Source: Tubiluchus corallicola (taxonomy: Eukaryota; Animalia; Priapulida). From it: a stretch of DNA of 36,591 nucleotides. The translations under genes were made by a program, and so were the position numbers. Within the stretch, counting starts at the first letter, position 1; each line of letters starts with the position of its first letter. Below, piece after piece: positions 19,850-31,258 of this stretch. The notes beneath the pieces were generated by a model that saw only the letters and a list, made by a program, of their open reading frames with translations, searched no databases and was not told the origin of the DNA. Location: positions 25,029 to 61,619 of the forward strand of contig JAQGDQ010001118.1 of the NCBI GenBank assembly GCA_030141605.1, read 5' to 3'.

Positions 19850-22239
19850 GTTTGCAAGCAACACAAATAAGCTTCTACAACTTAAAATCTTACTCTTATT
19901 ATGTATATTCATTTTATAACATATTGGCTGGGTTATAATTATCATTGTTTTGCTTTTTGTCTATCGTTTTGTTATATATATATAAATATATATAAATATA
20001 TTTAACTGCATTTTCACCACACGGTTATTTAAGATTATATAGAGAAATTTTTAACTAATGATCAGCCAGATTTAAACAGATCAATTTGCTCAGTAAAACA
20101 GTAATAACATAATTTATTCTCAGTTCTAGTCGTGAGTTAAATATTGCTTATATATATAGTGTCATCCCAGTATCGCTTTTATCTACTGAAGGATAGCTCT
20201 ATTGGTTGACCAATATTGTCTTTCACCAACCTATTTTGCAGTAAATAATAAAGAAATACGCTTATTTGTTTTATTTATATCATGAACGTGAAAATAAATT
20301 CACGTTTGAATTTAACTGAATTGAAATTGCAGCAAGTAACAGAAAGTTCGTCAAATATATTCTCTACAACATAGAATTGTTCTAATACAAAAATTCACAC
20401 GAACACATAACTTCCCTCGTACAGGTGCTAGCAGAAGTCATCTTGAACAATATCAAATCTGTATTATTGTAGACATTCAGTGTTCTCTTAAATATCAAAG
20501 TCCCAACATCTGGACTTTTATTCCCCAAGAAATTAAAAACAAATTAACTTATTAACATATCAATAACTCTTCGTAGATCTGTGATATGCTAAAAGTAGAG
20601 TAATTTTTGCTAAACTAACCGTAATTCGTAACTACTATTTTCCTTACTTCCACTGTACTTGAGGTAACTCTATTATTTCCAGCGGGTTTTTCTATTAAGT
20701 GTAAATTAAATTCACTAATAACGTCAACTTATGCTATTTAAGTTGATATTGCATTTAGTTTTTTTAAATACTAGGTAAAAGAAAATTAGCAATGCACAAT
20801 TCACACTGAATCCGGTTATTACAAGGCTTTAATTAATAAAATATTAATAAGATTATTTCTGTCGTACTGCACAAATCCTATGCATTATAGCTCAAATGTA
20901 TGTTACGAAGGCAAGGTACTCCTTATGTATAATTTATATTTATTATTTTTGTAATCGCTAATGCTCAATTTTTTGCTCATCCTAAAGAATTTCAAGATAC
21001 ATTTGCTTTCAACTTTTTCTTTCGTGACTCAACAAACATGTTTACCCACTTTTGCTAGCTACAAGCGAAAAAATTATTTTTTCTTTCTATAGTTCTAAGT
21101 CCTAACCATAATAATAATTTTGGATACATAAAATAATCAAAGTTTAACGTGATACATATTTTAAAGATTGAACAGAAACTAACACCTTTGTGTTATAAAT
21201 TAATCGACAATTGTCTTAAATGCAATCTGATAATTCTTAACTACTTGGTACTTGCCATTAATTACATACATATCTAATAATTCTGAGAGGGTGGCTGACC
21301 TCGATAACTTATAGTTCCTTCACCACTAATCAGTAATCACTTTTCTCATTGTCATATTGTCGTATGTTGTACAGAATTATAGATCACTTAGTTATGTATT
21401 TTGCTATTGTAAAAAAATGGTGATAAACTAGTAAACTTACTTACTTATATTCCTTTGTGTCTCAATGCTGTTATTACAATCAATTATTTTCGCCCTGACT
21501 GCTTTTATTGATGGTAATTTATATAGCATTGTTGTCAGTTATTTTAATTTTGGATAAGTATTTTAGAGTTAAAATATTTGGTTGTGCGCCTATAGCTGTG
21601 TCCCTTTTTGGAAAAACCAAGGCTACTAAAACGTAATATCTTTGTCGTGCAGAAATAACGTGAAAAGAGAAAAGTTTTTGGGTGCCACTGTTTCTTGAAA
21701 GTATCCCCATATTGCAAGACGCTGTACCAATTTTCACTAAGTTGATTTAGATTTTTCTAGATTTTACTTTCTTTTTCTCTCTTTTGAGTAATACGGTTCG
21801 GTATATATAACTGAATGTAGAATTCACGTACAGTTGAACATAACAGGCTTAATTTTTGTAAGAAGACCGAAAAGATTTGTGAAAGCGTTGTTGCAAATTT
21901 ACTTAAAAAGATATAATAATTATTTACTTAACTAATGTTCTCGTAAGCTGTGTTTGGACTGGAGTGAGAGAAAAACACGAGTTACTATCGATAAAAATTT
22001 TACCGTACTTTTTCTGATAGTAGCTGTGAGATCATTTACCGTTTACTGTGAATGCTCTCAGCACTTTTTATGGAGAACTCGCAGCAGTTCCGGCGCTATT
22101 ACACTTTCGCACCGCCTAGCTTTTTATAGGTTATTACTCGTTTTTAGGCTCGTAAGTCATCATTCTATTATTCTTACGTCATCAGTGAATGTTTCCGCTA
22201 ATCTAATTGTAATTTAATCTTATTTAGGCATAATTACGC

Positions 22240-22650
22240 TGTATTCACAGTTCGACACAGTATCGCCATCTTGTTTGTGTGTGTGGTCACGTGACGAATT
22301 TCGTACTAGTTTATGCATTATCAGGGCCTAGCTTAAAAGGCACGTGACACACTTTCATCTTCACCGCATTTACGAAATAAAGAAAAAACCTTTACTTTTT
22401 TATAACCTAATAGTGATAATACTACAGTAATAAATAAAATTAATGATAAATAACTGTAGTGGTCTAAAATAATTTCCCGCGATACGATACAAACTCCCGT
22501 AGCTGCAACCCTAATAATCATAAATTATGCGAAAAAACTAAAAATACAGGTTAAGGCCCACTACGTCACTGCGCGAGAGCGATTGCGCAGCAGTGATGTA
22601 AACACGGTTATTCACGTGCAGCTTTTAATGGCGGCAGTAGGTAAGTAATG
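22240..22650. promoter_or_regulatory. Probable bidirectional promoter of the two ZNF paralogs
   Basis: Outward-facing YY1-like ATGGCG motifs (CAAGATGGCG on - at 22264-22273; TAATGGCGGC on + at 22626-22635); three CACGTG E-boxes including the palindrome GTCACGTGAC (22286-22295); local CpG enrichment; AG|GTAAGT donor at 22641. Confidence 0.65.
22628..22640 (+). CDS. Predicted 13-nt coding first exon (MAAV-) of the right ZNF gene
   Basis: ATG GCG GCA GTA G|GTAAGT splices in frame (phase 1) to tttcttgctttgcag|AGTTTTCA at 25076, giving MAAVEFSIHSRMDEDESP. Confidence 0.65.
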
Positions 22651-24282
22651 CATGATTTTAATCTGATTTTAATCTGTACTTATAAAGCGTACGCAGCAAT
22701 AATATTATGGGAATATGGTGTATATTACGCCTGTTGGTCTGCTTTCTGGCCTGTAGGCGTGAAAACAACCAATAGGCCAGGAAAAGCTAGACGGTGCGAA
22801 AGTGTAATAGCGCCGCAGTTCCTTATTTCTGTAGAGACAAACAGCTGTCAAAATTCGAGATGCAAAATCTTTCACAAGGTTTGCTTGCAGTTACTGTTGG
22901 TTAATACTCAGCAGTTTTTCGGCAAGAAAACTCTAGTCAGAATACGCCATAAACTTTTTCTTGTCCAGGCCAACAATAAAAATACCTTTTCTGTTTTTCT
23001 ATTTTTTATCGCACACCCAGCTGGGAATTTTATAAGTTCGTATAAGTGATTCATATATGACTTATTTGACACTGTCATATAAAAGCATATTTATTTCTTT
23101 AATTACAATGTAAAACCCAATAATTATTATAACATGGTTCTTTAGGGGATGCAAGACTCGGCCATGTTTTACCATGGCTAACTTTCGGCTGGGGTTGCCA
23201 TCCGTAAGTTGGCAATTAAGCATTTCTAGTTATTCACATATCCCGAATCTTCATTTCATGAGGATCATTTTGATACCAAACTCATTGGCTTTTAACACAT
23301 TTGTGTGATTACACAAAGAATTCACAATTATTATTAAACAAAACAAACTTGTGAATTAAATAATTTTCTGGCGAATTTCGAATGTGTGCATTGCTGTAAA
23401 CATCGCCATGTTTCGCATCTTTGGCACGAATGAGCAAGAACTGCGTATGAGATACTAAAAGCGTTTTTGGCTACTAATGTTTGTTTAGCAATCTCTAATG
23501 ACCTCTTGACTGTACTCGTAACATCATTCGTCTTGTTCAACAAAAAAATGGCAGTTCTTCAAACTTAATATCTCTAATAATAATATAATTTCCACAAATA
23601 TAATTTACTTGTCTGTTAGTTAAAACTCTTAAAGTGAAAGAAATATATGACATGTATTGTCTTCATTTCATGTATCAGTATCATAATTGACTACTTCCAC
23701 CAGCTTTTCAGTCATACTTTAGTCCAGTTTCAAATCAACATGATCATTACACAAGATATTCAGTCGAAAGCTATGTACTCCCTCTTCCAAAAACAAATAT
23801 AACGAAACAGTCATCAAAATACAATGCTATTAAAATATGGTCATCAATTCCGCGTTAAATGAAAACTCTTAATCTTTATCAATTTAAAAAAGCATCAAAG
23901 AATTACCTACTGCAATGGTATAATTAACTCACAATTTTACTCATCCTGATCTTAAGTTACTAACAAAACTTATTTTGTTCTAATGTACGTTATAACTGAT
24001 GAAAATGTAATGTTAATTGTCAATTGTTTCACTTATCTGGAAGAGGACTCGAAATCTCAAGGCTCCTTCCTCCTCCTCACAGTAACTCGCATAGTTTATT
24101 TACGTTTTTTTCAATGTAATATCAACTTGTATGTATGTTTGAGTTGCTGTGGAATAAATTCATAATTCAAAAATAATTCAATAATCAAGTGATACAAAAT
24201 CAAAGGAAACAAGTTTTAGAGTAAGTTTATAATAAAATAAAATGATTTTAAGTTGTAGAAGCTTATATGTGTGCTTGCAAAC

Positions 24283-24929
24283 CAAAACCGTCCATAAGTC
24301 GGCATAGTTAAAACTATGTTATGATGCTTCAAACTAGAATGCACAAAGAATTTGGTCAAATGTTAATTTTTTGTTTTTTATAAAACCAAATGCTAAATAT
24401 ATTGGGCTTTTATATTCTAGCATGAAATTATCAAAAAAAATGTTTAAAAAATACTAGAAATCTAATTTTTTAACCCCCTACCCACTTTTCTGGCTAGAAA
24501 CTAGTGCTGCAATTGTGAAAAATTGTATATTCACACTCCGATAATAGCTCCTGGAAGCAGTCATTTTGCTTTTGTAGTTCGTTTTGCTTTGGGTTTTTTC
24601 TGGTGCCAAGCCCAGATCTTTGTCTGGAAGAGCCATCTGCTGGATTTAAACAGACTTCAACGCGTTCTTTCAAAGTCCTTGGCAACCAACATTTGTACGG
24701 TTGCTAAGTTTTTGTAGAAACGCGACAGAAAACAATGGCTAACTATAACAGCGATTTTCTAAACATTAAGTTTTTCACTGCACAGCCTGCACCTTAATTT
24801 CAACGTAGATTATCTCAGCTTAGAAATAACATAGAGTAATGAGCTTGGTATTAAAATGATCCCCAGGAAATGGAAATTCGGGATATTTGAATAATAAAAA
24901 GCTTAACTGCCTACTTATGGACGATTTTG
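24283..24929 (+). mobile_element. MITE family A, intronic (mirror of 19202-19849)
   Basis: Same TIRs; almost identical to its mirror copy. Confidence 0.75.
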
Positions 24930-25075
24930 CTGTTTTAATTTGACATTTAATTATCAGCAAATGACACCAGTGTGAACATTGTTTTAAATTGTTTTGACAA
25001 TTTAATGCAACAGGTAATTACAGTGTCTGACATCCAGTTAAATTAAAGTAGTTAACTACATTTCTTGCTTTGCAG

Positions 25076-26925
25076 AGTTTTCAATACATTCTAGGATGGA
25101 TGAAGATGAGAGTCCATTAGTAAAATCAGAGCCGCCTTCTTTGCCGGTTGAAGCATCCCATCACGGGAGCGAAACGTACGACATTAAAATACTGAAACCA
25201 GCAGATTCGTCAGAAGAACAAGGTCTACAAAGACTTCCTCGTTCATCCAGTGAAATTGTCTCTCAGACTGATGTAGATGCAGTTGTCGTAAAAGTTGAAT
25301 CAGAAGCGAAAGATGGTGCTGATGCAAACGGCAATTCCAAAAACGGGTCTTGTTTTGGTAACTTTATTAATAGAAAATCGACAGTTGCTGATGCTGCCAA
25401 TAGTGCAAGTTCTAGGCTTGATTTAAATGTTACTAACTCCCAATCAAATGTAGGTTGTTATTCTGTGGAAAACAATGACACTGTTAAACAATGTGTGAAA
25501 AACAATGACACTGTTAAACAATGTGTGAAAAACAATGACACTGTTGAACAATGTGACAACAGCCGCGATTCTTCAGACCATGTTGTAGTAAGTGAAGCAT
25601 CTCTGAGCTCTGCAGGAGATACGCCATTAATCAAATCTGCGAGTCAGGGACGGCCATATAAATGTCAGCATTGTGAAGGTGCCTTTACTAGTCCGAGTCA
25701 CTTGAAACGCCATCTGTTCACACATACCGGCGTGAAACCATTCACGTGCGTTAAGTGCGGCGGCACTTTTTCCAGCAGCAGTTATTTGAAGAAGCATTTG
25801 ATGGAACACTCTGGAACAAAGCCTCACAAATGTACTCAGTGCGACGCCGCATTCGTATGGCCAAGTCATTTGAAGCAGCATTTGCTTAAACATTCGAATG
25901 AAAAACCTTTTCAGTGTTCACAGTGTACGGCCTCTTTTGCCAGGTTGGGTCATTACAACAAACATCTTACCTCTCATGTTAGCAAAATCAAAAACTGTCA
26001 AGCCAGTGGTCAATGCGAGTCTACACTGGACAAAAATGGTGCCGAACCTAATGTCCACCCTGCACCACTGCCATTTAAGTGTGACTACTGCAAACTCGCT
26101 TTCAAAAATTCCAGAAATTTAAGCAGACATTTGATGAATCATAAGACTGAAAAGCTTTACAAGTGTGATCAGTGTGGCTATGCATGCTATTATATGAGCA
26201 GCTTGAAAATGCACATAGAAACGCATTCAAAACAGAAGCCTTACATCTGCACCCACTGCGCTGCAACTTTTAGCTGTGCGGGTAACTTAAATCGACACCA
26301 GTTGTCGCATTCGGGCGACAAACCTCATCTTTGCAATTTTTGCGGAGCGGCTTTTGGACAGCAGTGCTTGCTGACGCGCCATCTGTTGACTCACAGCGGT
26401 GAAAAACCTTACAAATGTGAGCTATGTGGCAAAGCTTTTTCCCAGTCAGGAACACTACAGCGGCACTTGAAGAGGCACCAAGGTGGAAGACCGCACGGCT
26501 GTCACCTGTGCGACGCTTCGTTTACGGAACCCGGTAGCTTAAAACAACATCTGAGGGGTCACACCGGGGAGAGACCGCACACGTGTGCATGGTGCGGGGC
26601 AAGTTTTACTCGATCGTACCTACTGAAAAGGCATTTAATGACTCACACGGGAGAAAAACCTTATTCTTGTTCGCAGTGTGAAGCTTCGTTCTCTAATCTT
26701 TCATCGTTGAAGAGCCATAGATTGAAACATACGGGGCACCCTCGGCCTCATTCGTGTCAACATTGCGGTGCTGCCTTCAGCGAGCTACGATACTTAAAGG
26801 AACACATCACGGTTCACACTGGAATCAAGCCATACTTATGCAGTCTATGTGGAGCTAATTTTGCTAGGCAAAGCTACTTAAGGAAACATAGGTTAAAACA
26901 CTCAAGAAATACTTTACAAGTATAA
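25076..26925 (+). CDS. C2H2 zinc-finger protein, 14 fingers (4+10), right paralog, main exon
   Basis: 609-aa ORF from 25096, in frame back to the acceptor at 25075/25076. Differs from the left paralog by about 10 substitutions, one extra NNDTVKQCVK repeat and a 3-aa C-terminal extension. Confidence 0.93.
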
Positions 26926-26993
26926 ATTCACAGCCTAGTGATTCAAAATGAGATTTTATCAAGCACATTTAACAGGTGCTTTCTTGGAGTACT

Positions 26994-27560
26994 AAGATAA
27001 GATAAGATAAGATAAGATAATATTTATTTTCATCGGTATGATATAAAACAGTACATATTTGTAAAACATGAGCTTAAAGCTCGTAAACCGATATCAAACA
27101 TAATGTATATGAGCGATAACATACATGGTAATAATATGTACTTCTTAAAATCTTTTGGATGTCACCAGAGGTATTGGTGCTAGAAAAATTTATAACTACA
27201 TGAAGACAGTAAAAATTTTAGGCAGTAACATTTTCAGAAATTTACACAAAAAGCTATGTAGGTCAATAAAAAATTTTCCAGCCAACATATTCAGCATTTA
27301 ATTACGACTTGACAAAATTGGGAAGTTCGCTGAATTTACAAATGGCACATTTACATGATACACCAGTCCATGAGTTAATTAGACGTTTAAATTCCCCAAG
27401 ATTTTCAGCCATTCGGAGACAGTTTGGTAATTCATTCCACAATGTGGCTCCATAATAGGAGAAACTTTTCTTGTCATTGTAACACCATCATATGTAGGGT
27501 GTTCTGCAATGTTCATTTTTCTGAGGAAGTAGCAAGAAACAAGTTTATTAAAAATAAAAA
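26994..27560 (-). mobile_element. 5'-truncated CR1-group LINE 3' fragment, right arm only
   Basis: Minus strand encodes KKSFSYYGATLWNELPNCLR...FKRLINSWTGVSCKCAIC (typical CR1/L2-group ORF2 C-terminus), then AATAAA and a (TCTTA)n tail; absent at the mirror site near 17170. Confidence 0.8.
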
Positions 27561-27702
27561 CTGGTTCTTATTTGACAGTATTAGCATCTAGCCAATGAGT
27601 AGTAACATAGAAATAATGATTACTCCATTGTTGCTTAGTAAGATGAATGCTCATTGGTGGATCAGATGTTTTTGACATCGTAATTTGTTTTGTTGTTTAC
27701 AA

Positions 27703-28221
27703 AGGGATGAGAATTTTTCGCGGATACGTGGAATTCCGAGTTTTTGGAAGACCAGTAGTGCCATTTTTGTAAATCGCGTAAATTCATTGAGAAAATTTTT
27801 ACGGACCCAGTACATTATTTCACTAGCTGACCGCTAGATGGCAGGCCGTCACTTTGTTTACATCACGTACATCGGTGTAGCCAAGTGTATATCTCTATGA
27901 ATAAAAATATAGAATCAATTGTGCAGAGTTATTTGAGTCAATTGCAGACAGTTTTTATATACTTTTGCATATGAGCGGCCAGTACTTAGGTGTTTTTGAA
28001 ACAATTAGGTATCATATATCCTTGATAGTTGGGTATTTTAAATTTTGCATGAAACAAGGTAATTGATATTTTAAGTCCACTTAGAGGTTCTCTATGGTAA
28101 CAAAATTGCAAGTTGTTGCTGGCTCCAAGGGGGATTTGCCCCTCAACCCCAATGGGGGCCTAGGTGGCCCAAAATCCCCGGCCTGTTTCAGAGTTTCTTG
28201 CAGTTTGTCATTCTCATCCCT
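27703..28221 (-). mobile_element. MITE family B (mirror of 16516-17034)
   Basis: agggatgaga ... tctcatccct. Confidence 0.75.
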
Positions 28222-28238
28222 AAATGTGTGCTTCATAG

Positions 28239-28819
28239 CAAAATTGTCCATAAGTCGGCAATCCTTTTTATACCAAAGTCATCGCCGTATTTTATTGCTA
28301 AGCTGAGATAATCCACATTGAAGTTGAGGTGCAGGTTGCACACAGAAAAACATAATCTTGAGAAAATCACTGTTAAAGTCAGCCACTGTTTTTGTCGTGT
28401 TTCTACAAAACACTTAACAACCGCACAAATGTTGGTTGCTATGGACTTTGCAAGAACACATTGGTGTTATGTTTAAATCCAGTAGATGGCTGTTCCTGGC
28501 AAAGATCTGGGTTTGTCAACACTAAAAACCCGAAATAAAATGACTGCTTCCATGAGCTTCTAGCGGAGTTGAAAAATTAAGTTTTTTACAATTGCAGCAC
28601 TAGTTTCTAACCAGAAAAATGGATACTCAGTTATAAAATTTGATTTCCCTATTTGTTGGACATTTTCTTGATAATTTGATGCTAGAATGTAAAAGTTCAA
28701 TATATTTAGCATTTGTTTTTATAAAAGACAAAAAGGTGACATTTGACCAACTTTTTGGTGCTTTCTACTTTGAAACATCATAACATTGTTTTAACTATGC
28801 CCACTTATGGACGGTTTTG
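28239..28819 (-). mobile_element. MITE family A (mirror of 15916-16498)
   Basis: caaaattgtccataagt ... acttatggacggttttg. Confidence 0.75.
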
Positions 28820-29648
28820 GTTTTTCAAGCACACATATGTGCCAATGAGTAGCAACATAGAAATAATGATTACTACATAGAAATAATGACTACTCCAATG
28901 CTGCTGTGTAAGGTGAATGGTCATTGGTGGATCAGATGTTTTTGACATCATAATTTGTTTGCTGTTTAGAAATATTGATGTGCTCTGTAGTGCACTATTT
29001 GAGAGTAGCAACATCCTCTCAGCTATGTTTTTAAATGGCCACATTATGTTGCTATTATGAATTTATGATCTGTTATCAAATTTCATTTCAAATGTAACAA
29101 CATCCCATGTAGAGAAGAGAACGACATTTGCAATTCTTTGACCAGTGGCCAGGGTCATATCAAGACTTTACAATGCCTTTGGTTGATAGTTCTGTCGCAC
29201 CAATCTCTACTGTGTTATTTATGTATGTGCATTAAATAATTACTTGTGGTGTATTAGAAACACTATTAACCTGGTCATTATTAATTACATGTATTTGCAT
29301 AGTGCTTGCTAATTGTATAATACCTTGCACCTGTTCGTTATGTGGCACTTATATAGGAGCAGGCCTCAGTAACTGCCTATGGTGTGTTATAAAATGCATC
29401 CTTCACGTGAATATGAAAATGAAAGTATACACATTTTCCGAGCAGAATAAATTTTTTTTCTAAAATGTGACATTCTCAAACTTTGGGGGCCTAGGCTATA
29501 GTCTAGACTCTAGTTAGTCCATTAGTTAATATGCCCCTGGTAGCGACATCTAAAGAAAATTGTGAAGTTTCTTTACTGTTACAAGGCTTCACTCAATGTC
29601 ACATTTTAATAAAATCATTTAATACAAGTTTCTTATGTAAATAATTTT

Positions 29649-30848
29649 AATTCTCAAAACTGCTATGATTACAACGTACAGCCATGAGTTACCGAGTATT
29701 CATCTTAACAACATAATTAATAAACATAACTTATTAATTCTCAAAAGTGCTATGATTACAACATACAGCCATGAGTTACCGAGTATTCATCTTAACATAA
29801 TTAATAAAAACAACTTATTAGTTCTCAAAAGTGGTATGATTACAACGTACAGCCATGAGTTACCGAGTATTCATCTTAACATAATTAATAAATATAACTT
29901 ATTAATTCTCAAAAGTGTTATGATTACAACGTACAGCCATGAGTTACCGAGTATTCATCTTAACAACATAATTAATAAACATAACTTATTAATTCTCAAA
30001 AGTGCCATGATTACAACGTACAGGCATGAGTTACCGAGTATTCATCTTAACAACATAATTAATAAACATAACTTATTAATTCTCAAAAGTGCTATGATTA
30101 CAACGTACAGCCATGAGTGACCGAGTATTCACCTTAACAACATAATTAATAAACATAACTTATTAATTCTCAAAAGTGCTATGATTACAACGTACAGCCA
30201 TGAGTTACCGAGTATTCACCTTAACAACATAATTAATAAACATAACTTATTAATTCTCAAAAGTGCTATGATTACAACGTACAGCCATGAGTTACCGAGT
30301 ATTCATCTTAACAACATAATTAACAAACATAACTTATTAATTCTCAAAAGTGCTATGATTACAACGTACAGCCATGAGTTACCGAGTATTCACCTTAACA
30401 ACATAATTAATAAACATAACTTATTAATTCTCAAAAGTGCTATGATTACAACGTACAGCCATGAGTTACCGAGTATTCACCTTAACAACATAATTAATAA
30501 ACATAACTTATTAATTCTCAAAAGTGCTATGATTACAATGTACAGCCATGAGTTACCGAGCATTCATCTTAACAACATGATAAAAACAACTTATTAGTTC
30601 TCAAAAGTGGTATGATTACAACGTACAGCCATGAGTTACCGAGTATTCATCTTAACATAATTAATAAATGTAACTTATTAATTCTCAAAAGTGTTATGAT
30701 TACAACGTACAGTCATACCGAGTATACATCTTAACAACATAATTAATAAACATAACTTATTAATTCTCGAAAGTGCTATGACTACAACGTACAGCCATGA
30801 GTTACCGAGTATTCATCTTAACAACACAATTAATAAACATAACTTAAT
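29649..30848. repeat. 87-bp (some 84-bp) minisatellite, about 14 copies
   Basis: Unit atgattacaacgtacagccatgagttaccgagtattcatcttaacaacataattaataaacataacttattaattctcaaaagtgct. Confidence 0.95.
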
Positions 30849-31122
30849 AATAATAATAATGATAATAATCTTTATTTAAAGTCGGCTTTTGGGTCAACAA
30901 TTAACATTAGCTCAAAGAGCTATTATCGCCGACTGTAAATAACAACCTACAACTACATAACAGAGACTATTATTACCCCACTTTTACCCTAAATACCACG
31001 CGTCAGGCAGGGCAACAGCAGGTACCATTTTTAAAGTCTTCGGTATGACCCGACCGCTGGTTCAAACTCACGACCTCCCAGACCGAAAGCAGACGCATTA
31101 CCACTAGACTAAACCGTCTGGT
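30846..31122 (-). mobile_element. tRNA-derived SINE (mirror of 14305-14578)
   Basis: Reverse complement with the same A/B boxes, core and tail. Confidence 0.75.
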
Positions 31123-31258
31123 CAAACTTAATTTTAGAGCAATACAGAGCAAGCTGTATCATCATAGTGCCAAACAAATAGTTCGAAAGCTTATAGAACA
31201 GCGATCCAATGATATTGCACTAGCTGAATGCTACTAAGTTTCAACAAACCTGTCTATA

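Larger units (their letters stand above)
13201..19889. repeat. Left arm of large inverted duplication
   Basis: Colinear reverse complement of 24244-32489 (same foldback, SINE, minisatellites, MITEs and ZNF gene); inner end ...gcttctacaacttaaaatc at 19889. Confidence 0.95.

Noticed and set aside
21519-23543. ORFs in the palindrome spacer (e.g. 22648-23049, 21519-21737)
   Set aside because: No recognisable domains, AT-rich composition, and they lie in predicted first introns.
29665-30597. MITTYSHELPSIHL repeat ORFs (also 14549-14995)
   Set aside because: Translation of an AT-rich 87-bp minisatellite; interrupted by stops and indels.
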